Positions 24,601 to 39,600 of a stretch of DNA of 64,000 nucleotides are shown one piece after another. The stretch covers positions 131,380,001 to 131,444,000 of the forward strand of contig CM059432.1 in the NCBI GenBank assembly GCA_030390025.1, read 5' to 3'. How positions within the stretch are numbered: the stretch's first letter is position 1; the number at the start of each line of letters is the position of its first letter. The translations under genes were made by a program, and so were the position numbers. Source of the DNA: Squalus acanthias. Taxonomy: Eukaryota. The notes beneath the pieces were generated by a model, which did not search any database, was not told the DNA's origin, and saw only the letters and a list, made by a program, of their open reading frames with translations.

Positions 24601-27600
24601 GATTTTTTTAAATGTGCCAGGTGGATGCCATGACTAGCACTGCAGGAGCATACGGTGGAATTACAAAAATATATAACATATATTCATATATCTATTCTAC
24701 ATATATCTATCGACAAAGCAAAATGCTGCGGCTGTTGGAAATCTGAAATAAAAACAGAAAATGCTGGAAATACTCAGCAGGTCAGGCAGCATCTGTGGAG
24801 AGAGAAACAGTTAATGTTTCCAGTCAATGAGCTTTCAGAGTTCTGATGAAAGGTCATCAACCTGAAATGTTAACTCTGTTTCTCTCTCCGCAGATGGTGC
24901 CTGACCTGCTGAATGTTCCCAGCATTTTCTATTGTTACTGTATCTCTGTCTGTCTCTATATTTGCGTGGTCTCAACATTCCAAAGCCAGTGCACCTGTAG
25001 ATGGCGCTGTGAGCATAGTTGTGTGACGGCAACCTAAAGGAAAAGTTATTCCCACCTTTGGAATGACACAGGATGAACAGAAATCTAAAGTAGTTTCTGT
25101 AAAAACACAAAGGAAATAAGAAAATATAAAGCAGATGTTGGAACTGGTAAAGGAGTGATGAAATTAATTTTACGAATGAGCTTATCGGCAATCATGGCTG
25201 GCTGTGGCCAAATGCCAACTCAGAAAAAACAGAAATATCAGGAAGAGAACACAACAGTACGAGTAGCACAGTCCTAAGACTGTATTGAAGTCTCACAATT
25301 CACAAACTGTTGACGAGAAAGACCAAAAATATTGACAACAAGCAAAATAAAAAGTCCTAATGGGATTCCTAAAAATAGAGTAGAAGATAGCGGGAAAAAC
25401 AATAAAAAAAAATAAACCATGATAATTACAATAAGCATGTATAAAACCACAACAGACAATTAGATTAGAACTGGAATGCTTTTCCCTACTACAAGTCGGC
25501 AGCCTGCTCTCCCCTCCCACCTCCAAAATGAAATTGGCTGCTGCATGAATTGGAGCTCGTCTCTCATCTTCAAACCCCCGCCCCCCCCCACCACCACCTG
25601 CATGAAGCAAAATTAGCTCGCCATACCCCGTGGAGGCAGCATTTGCATTCAGCGCCCCCTGCCCTCATTTCTTTTTGACCTGCCGCTCTCTTTTTCCCTA
25701 CTTTCCCCCCCCCCCCCCCCCTTTTCTCGCCCACTCCTCCCTACTCTCTCTCCTTCCACTTCCTGCACATTACTGGTGGCTGCTTCCTTGGCTTTCAGCT
25801 TGTTGTTTCCCAGCAGTGTTCCCATCTCCTGCTACGTTGTGGATGCTGTCAGGAGGAGCCCTTCACTATTTGTTTTCCTATTGTATTTACCAATCTCCTT
25901 CTAACCCATCCCCTACTCCCACCTCGCCCTTGCAGTGGTGTCAAAGCCAATTGTAGTGACCTTGTGTGAAATTAGCACCCCAGATAAGGTCAGTTAGGTT
26001 AGCACAGACTGGGAAACAAACCTGAGACCTTTTGGTTTATATAGTTTCGTATCAATAATTAGCCTGCCTGTTTCAAATTTGTTACCAAAAGCACACAATT
26101 CTTAAAACTTTTTAAATTCATATGAATAAATGAATTCCCTTTATAAATGGATACACTAGCACAAAAGGGTCTGTCTTTACCCTCTCATAAATATTAGCAT
26201 TTAGCTAAAATATGGGACATCATAGTCCCACTGCATGTCTCCTTAAAAGAATGCAGGTTTATAAACCCTTTAAACTCTTAACTCTTATTTGTTATCTACA
26301 TTGTTGTTTCAAGCCTCCAACAGTCCAGTTTTTGTCTCTATTGCTAACAGGCAAATGTATATCATGCAACTACAAACACTGGAGAAAGCAGAGCAATAAA
26401 GATCTACAAAACTTCAATCTTAATTTTTAAAGATCGTGATAAATATGTTAGTGGTGAATTCAGGTAAGATTTTCTGAAAGGTACTTTTCTTTCTGTATTA
26501 AATTTCTTAATTTATATGCACACTAACTTAAATGTGATTTATAAACTGTAGAAACAGGAGGAATGTATATTGCCCCTCAGTCATATACAACAATTCGTGA
26601 ATTGCATATATTTATGCATATCCAAATCTTAATTTTATTTTGCATACTATAAATATTCAATTACTGTAGCCACTCCCTGCCCCCCCCCAAAAAAAAAATA
26701 CCAAAAGTAAATGCTGCATACCACTTGCAAGGAACTCAAATGGAGAAACCAACCTTCATTGAACTACTTAAAATGTAACATATGAATTAAAGCAATAGAA
26801 CTACAGGAAGTAAAGCAAAAAATCAGTGAAAGTGTATTGGCAGTGGTTTAAAAAGTTTTGAGAACGCTCAAAATCTGAGTAACTCTGAATTTGGAACAGA
26901 GCCTGCACGTTGGCATTGTCTGTCATGCTCAGTGACCGTGTAGTAATTGTTACCATCAGTGCCTTCTACCTGATCAAGTAAGTCTCCTCTCCTTCCTAGA
27001 TCATCTTCAGTGCCATCCAAGTGGTTAGACGTGAAGTATTTCCTACTTACAATAATCTGTGAATGCAATGCACTATTTAAAGCCACCAATATTACAGCCA
27101 GGACCTAAGCTTTATTCATTATTCACTGTTTCATAATAACGCTCTTAATGTATTTCATACTAGTTTTCATGTTTAAAACCTGCAACAGGACTGTTAATAG
27201 TTGTAAAAAAAAAAAAAGAAACTCATTTGACAAACAGTTTAAGCACTGCAGATGGAAATACTAACTTTTTTTTTAGTAACAAAGACTTGCATTTAAAGTT
27301 GTGTTTTTTAAACATAGCAAATTTTGTTGAAAGGAGCAATATCTCTTTTCTAGATTCCGCCACGGATACTGTAAGGGAAATCCGAGAAAAATGGTGAGGA
27401 CTTGGGCAGAGAAGGAGATGAGAAATTTGATCAGGTACCACAAATAACATTTTGTTGGAACTTTTCAGGTCGCTTTGCTATCTTTATATAGTGCCTGAAC
27501 CTTAGTCTTGTATAAGATAACAAACCTAATGTTTTTTTGTAACTAAATGGTAAGGTTTTGTCGTTCAGGACAGCTTTGCAAATTTTCCTACAGTATCGAT

Positions 27601-30600
27601 TGTTTCCTCTCTGCTGTATTTGTAGCCACTGGAGTTAAGCAGACTGGAGATGGAACTCTGGCCCTCCCACACCTGGTGCTGTGCCTTGGTGCTCCAACAT
27701 GCATTGCCGCTATAGTATTATAAGCTGCATCTAGTTTGTGTTATGTCTGCCCAGGGAATGCTTGATTGTCATAGTGGCAAAGGAAATATTGCTATTCATC
27801 TACTTGATTAGAAAACATAACCTCCCCAACACCACTATATTTTTCAAAATTTGTATCTATTAAGTATAACCCATGTAAAAATGATTCTCCAAGCAAATTA
27901 ATGCTTTGACAGTTCTTGAATAAATCTCAGGGTGGCCAACCCTTCAAGGCTCAAGAGCCAGAAAAGTAAACTATATACTGATAAAGAACCATAAATTTGT
28001 GTTCACAGCAAAGAAGTCTGATTTTTTTCCCCCAATTCATAGGTATGCTGCTAGTTTAAATATCTTTGTGATGAATAAGTCCAGCTTTTCAATATAGTGC
28101 CCAAAAGGAGAACAAAATCGGAGTTCTTGCAATGTAGTCATTACTGTTGTGTTATCAATGCAGCAGCCAATTTGCACACAACATGGTCCCACACACAGCA
28201 GTGAGATAAATGTGGTGATTAAGGGATAAATGTTGGCCAGGACACCGGTAGAACCTCCTTGCACTTTTAAATAGTGCCATAGGACCTTTTAGAAGTATTC
28301 GTGTTATAGCTTTGGTCCATGATTTCTGTGACTGAAAATAAGAAAGCAATATAATTCTAAATCTTAAAGAAAATGCTTAATTATTTGTTGCATCATCAAT
28401 GTTCTGTTGGATTTTAATCTGGATTATGATGAAATGATTGCTTATGCACATTATTGGCTCTTGGTCTAGTAATTAAGCTGCGGGATACTAGCATGTGAAC
28501 ACTTGAATGCGTCTATGTAAAATTTCTCCTATTTTAACAGGTATTAACCTATACAAAATAAACAGATTTAATATCTGTTAAAATAGCAGAGGAAGGTATT
28601 CCATGCAAGCACGCTAACTATTTGTATGATAGCACAACAGAATTGCAGGGACATATATTTTACTACAGTAAAAATGTAATGCTGTTTATTTTTGACGCAG
28701 GTTGCAAACAGCGGAAATCCCCTGTCCAGAGCCAATCATGCTCAGGAGTCACGTGCTTGTTATGGGTTTTATTGGTAAAGATGATATGTGAGTTTTTTTT
28801 CCTTTTGTAGAATTCAAACTATTAGTTTTATTTAAGAGGCATTCTGCAAAGAATAATTTAGCTAACAAAGCTGTATGTCATGCATGTACTGTACTGATCA
28901 TCTAGGATTGGAAAAAGATAACACGGTTAAAAGGGAAGAAAGCCTGGAGGCAGCATTCTATATATAAGCTGGGTTATGGTGGTGATAGCGTGTGTCCTGG
29001 AACAAGTCCTTTTTTTAAAAATGGAAGTTGTTAATTGTAGCCTTCGATAGTGGTGTTTTCAAATAAATGTGGGGCGCACTTTGGACCGAATTGAATTTGT
29101 CACGGTTATGAAAGGAAATACCAAAATGATTCATAAACATTGCCTACTATGGCAAAGGATTCAAGTAACATGGGGACATGTTTAATACAACAACAACTTG
29201 CACTTATATAGAGCCTTTAACATAGGAAAACGTCCCAAGGCGCATCACAGGACCGTAATCAGACAAAAATTGACACCAAGCCAAAGGAGATATTCGGACG
29301 GGTGATTAAAAGCTCGGTGGTGGAGGGGGAGAGGAGTTTTGGGAGGGAATTTCAGAGCTTAGGGCCTAGACAGCTGAAGGCACGACAGCCAATGGTGGGG
29401 TGAAGGAAGTGGGAGGTGCACAAGAGGCCAGAGTTGGAAAATACAGCGTTCTTGGAGAGTTGCAAGGCTGGAGAGATCGGTAGGAGTGAGGCCATGGAGG
29501 GATTTGAACACGAGGATGCGAATTTTAAAATTGAGGTGTTGGTGAACTGGGTGCCAGTGTAGGTCAGCGAGCACAGGGGTGGTGGGTGAGCAGAACATGG
29601 TGTGGGTTAGGATACGGGCTGTAGCGTTTTGGATGAGCTCAAGTTTATGGAGGGTGGAGGCTGGCCAGGAGAGCATTGGAATAGATAAGCCTGGAGATAA
29701 CAATAGCATGAATGAGGGTTTCAGCAGCAGATGGGCTCAGGTAGGGCCGGAGACTGAGATGTAAGTAGGTGGTCTTTGTGAAGGAGAGGAGTTGGAAGCT
29801 CAGCTTGGAGTCAAATAGGACGCGGATTGGAGTAACAAAGCTGTCAGTGGACATGTAGGTTCACTGCAGTCTATATGCCAAGATCTCACTTTAAAACGTC
29901 AACATTTCTTCATATAGTTTAAAAAGAAATTGTCGCAGGCTTGAATTCTTTCGGCTCCATTTTTGCCACAGAGAACTGTTGCACACACATCTATTTCGAA
30001 GTAAGGTGATTAATATTCAGTGCTTTAATCGCCCTCCCTTTTATTCTCTAGGCCGGCACCACTGTTAAAGAATGCTAACTTGTCCGAATCCAAGGCCCGT
30101 GAACTATATCTGTTTATGATTCAGTACATGCGAAGAATGTACAAGGATGCCAGACTGGTTCATGCTGATCTCAGTGAGTTTAACCTGCTGTAAGTTACTG
30201 CTCTGATGTCTTTCTGTGTATTGAACCTTGATTGTGGTTAGGGCTTCTAATGCATCTGTTCCTTTATACCTTTTATCTATTTCTCTCAAACCCCCCCCCA
30301 TGCAAACACTTTGGGCTATATTCTATGTTAAAAGCTCTTTGTAAATGCAAATTGTTGTCATGTTGCCCATTTATTATGACATTTACCTATCCTGAAATGA
30401 CCAACACCAGTATGTAATTGTGAAAATGTTAGAACTGTATAATAACTGAACCAGAAACTACTTACATTTATATAGCGCCTTTAACATAGGAAAACGTAAC
30501 CAGGCACTTCAAGAGTGTAATCAGTTAAAGACTGACACAGAACCAAAGGAGGAGATATTAGGGTATTGGGATGGGTGACTAAAAGCTGAGTCAGGGGTAG

Positions 30601-33600
30601 GTTTTAAGGAGGGTCTTAAAGGAGGGGAGCGAGAGATATGTGACCATAATGATTGCCACATGATAATCAATATTCATTGTATATTGCACACAAGGAGAAT
30701 AGAAATAGAAGACCTGGAAGCAGTGAAACTTGGGGATATAATTCACAATCATGTCGAACCCATGAACTTTGTAAATTTATTTCCTGCCTCAGGCTGCTCA
30801 TGGCCTGTAATTCTATACATTTGTTTCTGTGTCCAGCCCAGCCTATTGCATGCATAGAGCTAAGGCATTACTCTTGTGTTTAATAAGAGATTGAAAGGAA
30901 ATTTAGTAGAATTCCATTACAGTAGATCCACTAGACTAGGATGGGGAAAACTACATAGAATTTACAGCACAGAAACAGGTCATTCAGCCCAACTGGTCTG
31001 TGCTGGTGTTTATGCTCCTCATGAGCCTCCTCCCACCTTACTTCATCTAACCCTATCAACATATCCTTCTATTCCGTTCTCCCTCATGTACTTATCTAGC
31101 TTTCCCTTAAAGGCATCTATACTATTCGCCTGACCTACTCCATGTGGTAGCAAGTTCCACATTCTAACCACTCTCTGGGTAAAGGAGTTTCCCCTGAATT
31201 CTTTATTGGATTTATTAGTGACTATCTTCTAGTTATGGCCCCTAGTTGTGGAACCCCCACAAGTGGAAAAATCATCTCTACGTCTACCCTGTCAAGCCCC
31301 TTCATAATCTTAAAGACCTCTATTAGGTCACCCCTCAGCCTTCTCTTTTCTAGAAAACAGAGCCCTAGCCTGTTCATCTTTTCTGATAGTTATAACCTCT
31401 TAGTTCTGGTATCCTTATAAATCGTTTTTGCACATTCACCAGTGCCTCTTTGGAATATGGAGTCTAGAACTGTATACAGTACTCTAAATGTGATATATGT
31501 TATATGTTTCACACCATTATTAAATAAGCAATCAACTGTGTGTAATATATTAGTTACTATATTTATATGTATATCAGATGATTATACAAGAAACTGATGG
31601 GACTATTTTTGCACTGTTTGCTGTATATATGCTGAATTTCATTTTGGAATGACTCATCTTCATGACTTTTAGTTTGCCTGTGGAAAATAAATGTATTTGA
31701 AAGTGCAATTGCCTTGGTAGAGTCCAGGGTCCAATTGTTCTTAATGGAAGTCAAGACTTTGAGGAAGGAGGTGATTTGTACATCTGTTATTTTTCTGCCA
31801 TCCTGTAGGTACCACAACGGGGGGATTTATATAATTGATGTATCACAGTCAGTGGAACATGATCATCCGTGTGCCTTGGAGTTTCTCCGAAAAGACTGTC
31901 TCAACATTAATGGTGAGTCAAAACCACAATTATTTTTGCTTTTGCTCGGATCTTTTTCTTGCTGAGTCAGTGAACATGATCAGTGGTTATACAATAAATC
32001 TGTCATATTTAAATAAGTTAAACATTGAATATACATAAAGCCACTAATATAACCAACTAGTGTTGAGTGTGAGAACAAGCAAACTACTACTCATATACTG
32101 AGAATGCACAATAAGTTGATACCTGATACCTTGTCCCTAGTGCCAAATGGTAATCTCATCCATCTACTATTTAATTGTAGCTATAAAATTAAAAAATAGT
32201 GTCTGTCTACTGTATGTCCATAGTGTCGCACTGCTCAATGGTGCCATGTTAAAAATGTCATTATCTCAAAACCATTTTGGGGGCAAAAAATTGAGATTTG
32301 CTCAAAATAGTGGTTATTTTAAACAAAGGCTGTCCAATTAACTAGGTATTCTTGTTCTCTCATAATCAGGATAGCCTTTTAGAGTGCAATGATGCAATTT
32401 TCATAGTCTAATGGTTTTATTATTAATCACTTTTTTATTGGTTTCTCTAGGCTGCAATTTGACATACATTGTTAATATTCATTTCAGTTTTACAACAGAC
32501 GAATGAGAAAAAGTTGTAACATTTATGTATTCAATGGGCAATATCTTCACGTTGTTACTGATTTGGTCATTTCTTAGTGGATAGTTTTGAAGTATCCTTT
32601 ATTATGCCACAGTACTCTAGTATTGTGTTTAAACTGTATTCACCTATTGACACCTCAATAACAGTAGACATTATTTGTCAGATATGCAGAGAAAGAGCAT
32701 TTCTTGTGTGAAATTTAAAGCAGACCTAATAGACTTGTAGATTTTTCTGCATTTACATGCTTGGACTTTAAAACTGATCATGGTCTATAATGATTTAAAG
32801 AATTTTGTGTGATTCCCATCATCAATATTGAAATGTAGTACATCATTGCATCCTTATTTTCTGTGATAGAATTTTTCCGTAAACATGATGTTGCTGTGAT
32901 GACTCTGCGAGAACTTTTTGAATTTGTCACAGACCCTTCAATTACAGATGATAATCTTGATGCTTACCTTCAGAAGGTAGGACCTTATACACCTGTACTT
33001 TTATAAAATGAAACTGTATTTTTCTTTAAGCAGCAAGATCCAGAAAGGGAGGTTGAACTTTAATTATACCACGTTGAGGTTTGATCAATAAATGTAACTT
33101 TAGTTTTAATCCCACTTCTGTGGGGATGTAGGGTAGATTTATATTTTTGTTGTTCAGTGGTTTTAATTGGCCTAATTTATTTCAGCATGTGGATTAATTT
33201 CCTACTTCATTCTTCTCTAGAAGTGACTCACTAAATGCTCCAAAATCTGTGTATATTTATGTATATAATCTTCTGTCTGCGCACGCATCCTGTCAATTTT
33301 TCCCATATTAAATTCCTATGTACATATTGCCCAGATTTTGTGTTCAGTGGCGAGATGATGGCACTCGCCACTGCCCGCAAAGATCTAGCGATCTCTGTGG
33401 CGTAGATTTCACCTTTTCCGACGTTAATTTCATTCTGGTGCCACCTATAGGGGATCTCCAGTGTCCAGCAACAATGATGTAATCAAGCAGGCTCAGCAGC
33501 CAATCACATTGAAGAATTCTCACACAGCAAACCAGGAAGTAAAAAGCACTGATTATCCTTCACTTTTTAATCATTTTACAGAAAGCTGAATAAAGATTGA

Positions 33601-36600
33601 GACATGCACATGAGATTAAGGTAGAAGCTAAAATATCATAAAACTTTAAAAAGAATAATTTTTATTATTTTAAAACTCTATGGAATTTGTATCATATGGA
33701 AAAATTTGACATTCCACAAATATAAAATTAGTTTTTCAGGGCCAGAGAGATTGTTCAGCTTTAATTATGACTCAGTGCACCGTTAAAAACCCAGTTACAC
33801 CTCATTCAACAAGACTTTAACTTTTTGGGGTTTTTTTTACAGCGAGATTGGAGCGTAAAAAGTGGAAGTTTATGTCAATTCAAGTGATTTCCTAAGATTT
33901 TCATCTGCGAGGATTTCAATAGATGGAGGAGGGGGGGGATCACTGACAGCAACTTCTGGATTTCCGCGTTTAACTGCGTATGTGCGGCACCAGAAGTTGC
34001 TGTGAGTTTCACAGAATAATGACGGCGAACGCTGACAATTTTGCCATCATTATAACTGCAAATTCCGGGCCATTGAGAATAGAACTTGCCAACATAAGCT
34101 TGTCACACTGTATTATGCCCTCCTGCCTATGGTGGTGCTGTAGCGTCTGTTTTTTGCCTCCGAGCTTCTCAGTCAAAGTATCATAAAAATAAGACCCAAT
34201 GTATTACTGTAAAATGGTGTCTGAATTATGTCTATGTGCCCTGTTCCAATTATCCCCTGCCCGCTAACCCTACTTCATCTGAAGACTACACTGGATCTTG
34301 ACTCCCCATGTGCAACATCCATTTATCCATTGAATTTTCTTTTGTGTCTTTTAATAACTTAAAGCCTTTACTTGAATGACCCAGTCTTTCCCAAAAGCCT
34401 TGAGCTTGATATTTTTACCCAGAGCCTTAACTCTGAGCTGAAGACAGATCCTGCAGTATGACCATGTATAGTGCTCACAATTTCTCAGGATGTATCCGTA
34501 GCATCAGATAAGATGCCAAAAAAGGGGAATCTGATTTGGGAAATTGCCAGCTTTCCCATAACCATATATGCGAGAGAGAGAGATAAAGTGATGCTGTTCT
34601 TTGTTTATTTCATTACACTACAGGTATTAAAGGATCTGGAGTGTTTTAGTGAGGACAGATCCAACGTTAGATTTTTAAAATAGGCTAAATAGCACAGTTG
34701 TCACTGTGGTGAATGGAAAATTTTAATTGCTATATCAGGGAGTGCACTACTCAATATTAACAATACCGGTGGACAAATTTAACCTTTGGTTTAAATCTGC
34801 TCTTTAGATAAATAACTCCTGCAGTCAAATTGGAACCTTTTTGAAGTACAGGTCATAGTGCCATTTGTGTTTGTATATTGAACCGTTTGCTAATGTTGTA
34901 AAAGGAATGGAGACCCTAACCGCATAATCGAACATACTTGCCACATACTGAATTTTTACACTGCAATCTGAATACATCAATTTGCATTCTGTACAGTTTG
35001 AACTTTTATTTTCTCAATTTGAGTGTCCTTTCCCTTTGATTGCCGTGACCAACAAAATAAAGCAAGGTTTGACTGAGAGTATTTTAATACTTAGAGCTTT
35101 GATGTGGAAATTGCAAAATTGCATCACTAAAACTGTACTAATGGGCATTGAAGCATGGACAGTGAAGACTTTAGTGTTGTTTGTTGCTCATTGAGAAATG
35201 ACCTCTTTATACATTTAATGCTTATAACGCAACAGTGTCTTTGGTGTCATAATAGAGATATTGAGCTCAGTGGCTACGTGAATCCTATCAAATATTGATA
35301 GCAGAAAAATTAATATAAAGCAATTGCTAACTTGTTTTCAACCATTCTAGAACTTTTATTGTAATGCCTTACAGTTTATAATGATTTTTGAGTAAAATAT
35401 ACATGGGGCACATCTAGAGGTAAGTACTTAACATTCGTAGCACTTGCTTCTAGGGTTAGAATCATACAGCACAGAAGGAGGCCATTCAGCTCATCGTGCC
35501 TGTGCCGGCTTTCTGAAAGTACTATCCAATTAGTCCCACTATCCTGCTCTTTCCCCATAGCCCTGCAAATTTTTCCTTTTTAAGTAGAGATCCATTTCCC
35601 ATTTGAAAGTTACTATTGAATCTGCTTCTAGCACTCTTTCAGGCAGTGCATTCCAGATCATCATAACTCACTGAGTTTAAAAAACAATATTCTTCTCATC
35701 TCCCCCTGGCTTTTTTGCCAATTATTTTAAATTTGTGTCCTCTGGTTACTGCCCCTCCTGCCAGTGGAAACAGTTTCTCCCTATCTACTCTATCAAAAAC
35801 CCTCATAATTTTGAACACCTCTATTAAATCTCCCCATAACCTACTTTGCTCTAAAGAGAGCAATCCCAGCTTCTCTAGTTGTTCCAGATAACTGAAACCC
35901 TTTATCCCTGGTACCATTCTATTAAATCTCCTCTGCATCCTCTCCAAGGCCTTTGACGACCTTTCTAAAATGTGGTACCTAGAATTGGACACAATACACT
36001 AGTTGAGTATTGATTACCAAAGTGATGAACTTCTTTGCTTTTGTACTCAATCCTCTATTTACAAAGCCAAGAATCCCGTATGCTTTTTTAACATTATCAA
36101 TTTTTCCTGCCACCTTGAGCCCCAAGGTGTCTCTGTTCCTGCACCCCCTTTAAAGTTGTACCATTTAGTTTGTACTGCCTATCGTCCTTTTTCCTTCCAG
36201 AATGCATCACTTCACACTTCTCTGCATTAAATTTCATCTGCCATGTGTCCGCCCATTAGTCTGTCTGTGTCCTTCTGAAGTCTGCTACTAACCTCCTCAC
36301 TGTTTAATGCATTTCATAGCTTTGTGTCTTTAAATTATTTCTTATCTCTTGTGACTACTGGCCTTTTTTCTCTTTGTCTTTTCAAAGAAGTATGACCGAT
36401 TACAAATTTTGGACTTTTAGATAATTGTTGGTGCAAAATCCTTTCAGTCATGAATAACTTTACTGAACAAAGGGATGTGTTGCAAGATAGTATTCCAAGA
36501 GGAAAAATTAAAGTTTACTGCATAAATAATTGAGCAGGATAAAAGATCCCTTGTTTATTGTGTATCTCTAACATTACCACTGTTGTACTTATGTTAATTA

Positions 36601-39600
36601 GGCAATGGAAATAGCTGCAGAGAACACAGAGGAAGAACGATCCAACCAGGACCAAGTAGATGAAGAGGTGTGTATCTTCTATTGGAATGTTGTTGCCTAT
36701 ATTTTTTTTTGCAGAGGTTTTCTAATATACTTTCAGTGCTGTTGTAGTTTCCTCTCGGGCACATCATAACACCAAAAATGCAAAATAAAATGGACAAATG
36801 CACATTGGTGTACTGTTAGCATGACTATCTGGATGAGGTGATTTTGTACAAGCTTCAGTGCAAAAATAGCCATTGTGATTAACTGCTAAAAGATTTCATT
36901 TGAAAAATTCTAGTAACCCTCATTTGCATTTTAGGGTGCATTCAAGCACCAACTGCAACGCAGTGCACCAATGCTACAGTTATAGTGCAAGTGCAACCTG
37001 GAATCTAGTGTCGGGTCCAACCTTATCAATGAAGCGGAGCGAGAGTTCCTGAAGGAAATAATTTCACTCCACTCCACTTCAGAGTCAGTTTGGATCTTTA
37101 CATTCCAAGTTTAGTGTTGCGAAGCAGTTGCTACTTTGCACGAATGCTAAACTTGTGAAATATGAATGCTCAAATCTCACATTGAGTTGGACATTGGTAA
37201 GCAGTGCTCTGTTTGTGTTTGCACACATGTACATGGCTCTGGCTTCACCAACTTCACACGGGTATATGAATGTGAAAAGGCAGAACTAGAGGAAGCTCCT
37301 CGCTCGCACTGCTTACATAAATTGAACAGGTTCTTCACAATTTGGAACAGTATAAAAGTAATGAAAGCTACACAAAGGCTTAAGATAATTAATGCAAAAT
37401 ATTAACTTTTTAAAGAAAATGCTTAAATTTAGGTACTTCTCTTCCAGGCCTCTGTGGTAGCTGACATTAATTGATTTCCTCTTCTAAGGCACTGTCCTCC
37501 TCCCTTTCAGAACTGTTATAACTTAACTCCTCAAAAAGCATACCCTTAGCCACTCTGTCCTTGCAAACTACCGCACCATCTCCAATCTCCCTTTCCTCTC
37601 CGAAGTCCTTGAACGTGTTGTCGTTTCCCACATCCGTGCCCATTGGTCCCACAGCTGCCTGTTTGATTAAACTGTTTTCAAAGCTGCAGGGGGTGGAGGG
37701 GCAGAAATCTGATTGTAGAAATTTTAAGCCATGAGTAACATCCTCTCTGTAACTGGTGCATCATTCCTCCTTGACCTCTGCAGCCTCCAACGCATTTGAC
37801 TACAGCATCTTCCTCCAATGTCTCCTACTCCATCGTCCAGCTCTTTCGGTCAGCCTTTGCTTGGTTTCACTCTCACCTATTAAATCTTAGCCAGAGTATC
37901 TCTAGCAATGGATTCCCTTTCCACCCCTGCTCTGTCACTTCAGGAGCACCTGACTCCTGAAGGTCCCTCCTTTTCCTCATCTACATGCTGTCCCTTGAGG
38001 ACATCAGCAGTCATAAGATCAGCTTTCACATGTATGTTGATGACACCCAGCTCTATCTCTCCACTCCTTCACTGCCTTTATGCTGTCCATTCTTCGATGA
38101 GCTGCAGTTTCCTCTAGCTAAACATCAGGAAGACCAAAGCCATTGTCTTCTGTCCCTGCCACAAACTCTCTATCCTCGCCACCAACTTAATCCACCTCCC
38201 CGGTCACACACTTGGGCTGAACCAGACTGTTTGCAATCTTGGCCTGAGGTGTGCTTTCTCTTCATTACAAAGACCTGCAATGTCCACCAGCATAACATCG
38301 CGCACCTCTGCCTCAGCCCATCTGTTGCTGAAACCCGTATCTCTGCCTTTGTCACCTCCAGACTCCAGCACTCCAATGCTCTCTTGCTGGGCCTCATATT
38401 CTTCACCCTCCTTCATAAGCTTCAGCTCATCCAAAACTCTGCTACCCAATCCTTTCCTGCACCAAGTCTCGTTAACTCATCATCCCTGTCCTGCTAAGCC
38501 TACGTTGGCTCCCCGTCCCCATGTGCCCCAAAAGTTAAATTTTCATAATTCTGTTTAAATTCCTTAGTAATTTTGCCCCTCGCTGTTTCTGTAACCTCTT
38601 CAATGCTACAACTTCCCCTTCCCCTTAACTCTGTTCCTCTGTCTCTGGCCTTTTGTGCACCCCCTAATCCTTCTCCCCCCACCATTAGCCACCTAGGCCC
38701 CATTCTCTGGGATTCCCTCCATAAAGCCCTCTGCTTCTCCACCTTCCTGTCTTAAAACTCACCTCTTTGACCAAGCTTTTGGTCTTTCCTAATGTATTTT
38801 TTTTTTGGCTCGGCATCCATTCTTTCTTTATGCCTCTGTGAAGTACTTTGTTTTTCTACAATAAAGATGCTATAGAAGTGCAAGTTTTTCTTGTTAAATT
38901 TTAAACTGAAGGTCTAAATTTAAGGTCCTAGCTATGCCTGTTTCGTGGGATATGTGGAACATTCTTTGTTCCAGTCCTACTCGGGTTCCCTCCCTCACCT
39001 CTTTTTCCGATACATTGATGACTGTATCGGTGCTGTTTACTGCTCTCACCCTGAACTAGAAAATTTCATTCACTTTGCTTCCACCCTTCCCTCACATTCA
39101 CATGGTCCATCTCCGACTCTTACCTTCCCTTCCTCGACTTCTCTGTCTCCATCTCTGGGGATAGGCTATTGACAAACATTCACTACAAGCCCACTGCCTC
39201 CCACAGCTACCTGGATTACACTTCCTCCCACCCCGCTTCCTGTAAGGACTCTATTCCATTCTCCCAGTTTCTCCGTCTCCGCCGCATCTGCTCTGACAAT
39301 GCCACCTTCCATACTAGTGCTTCCGACATGTCTTCCTTTTTCCTCAACCGAGGATTCCCCTCTACTGTGGTTGACATGGCCCTTGACCGTGTCCGTTCTA
39401 TTTCCTGCACTTCTGCTCTCACCCCTTCCCCTCCCTCCCGGAACCACGGTAGGGTTCCCCTTGTCCTCACCTTTCACCCCACCAGCCTCCACATTCAATG
39501 AAACATCCTCCGCCATTTCTGCCACCTCCAGCGTGATCCCACCACCAAACACATCTTCCCTTCACCTCCCCTTTCAGCATTCCGAAGGGACCGCTCCCTC

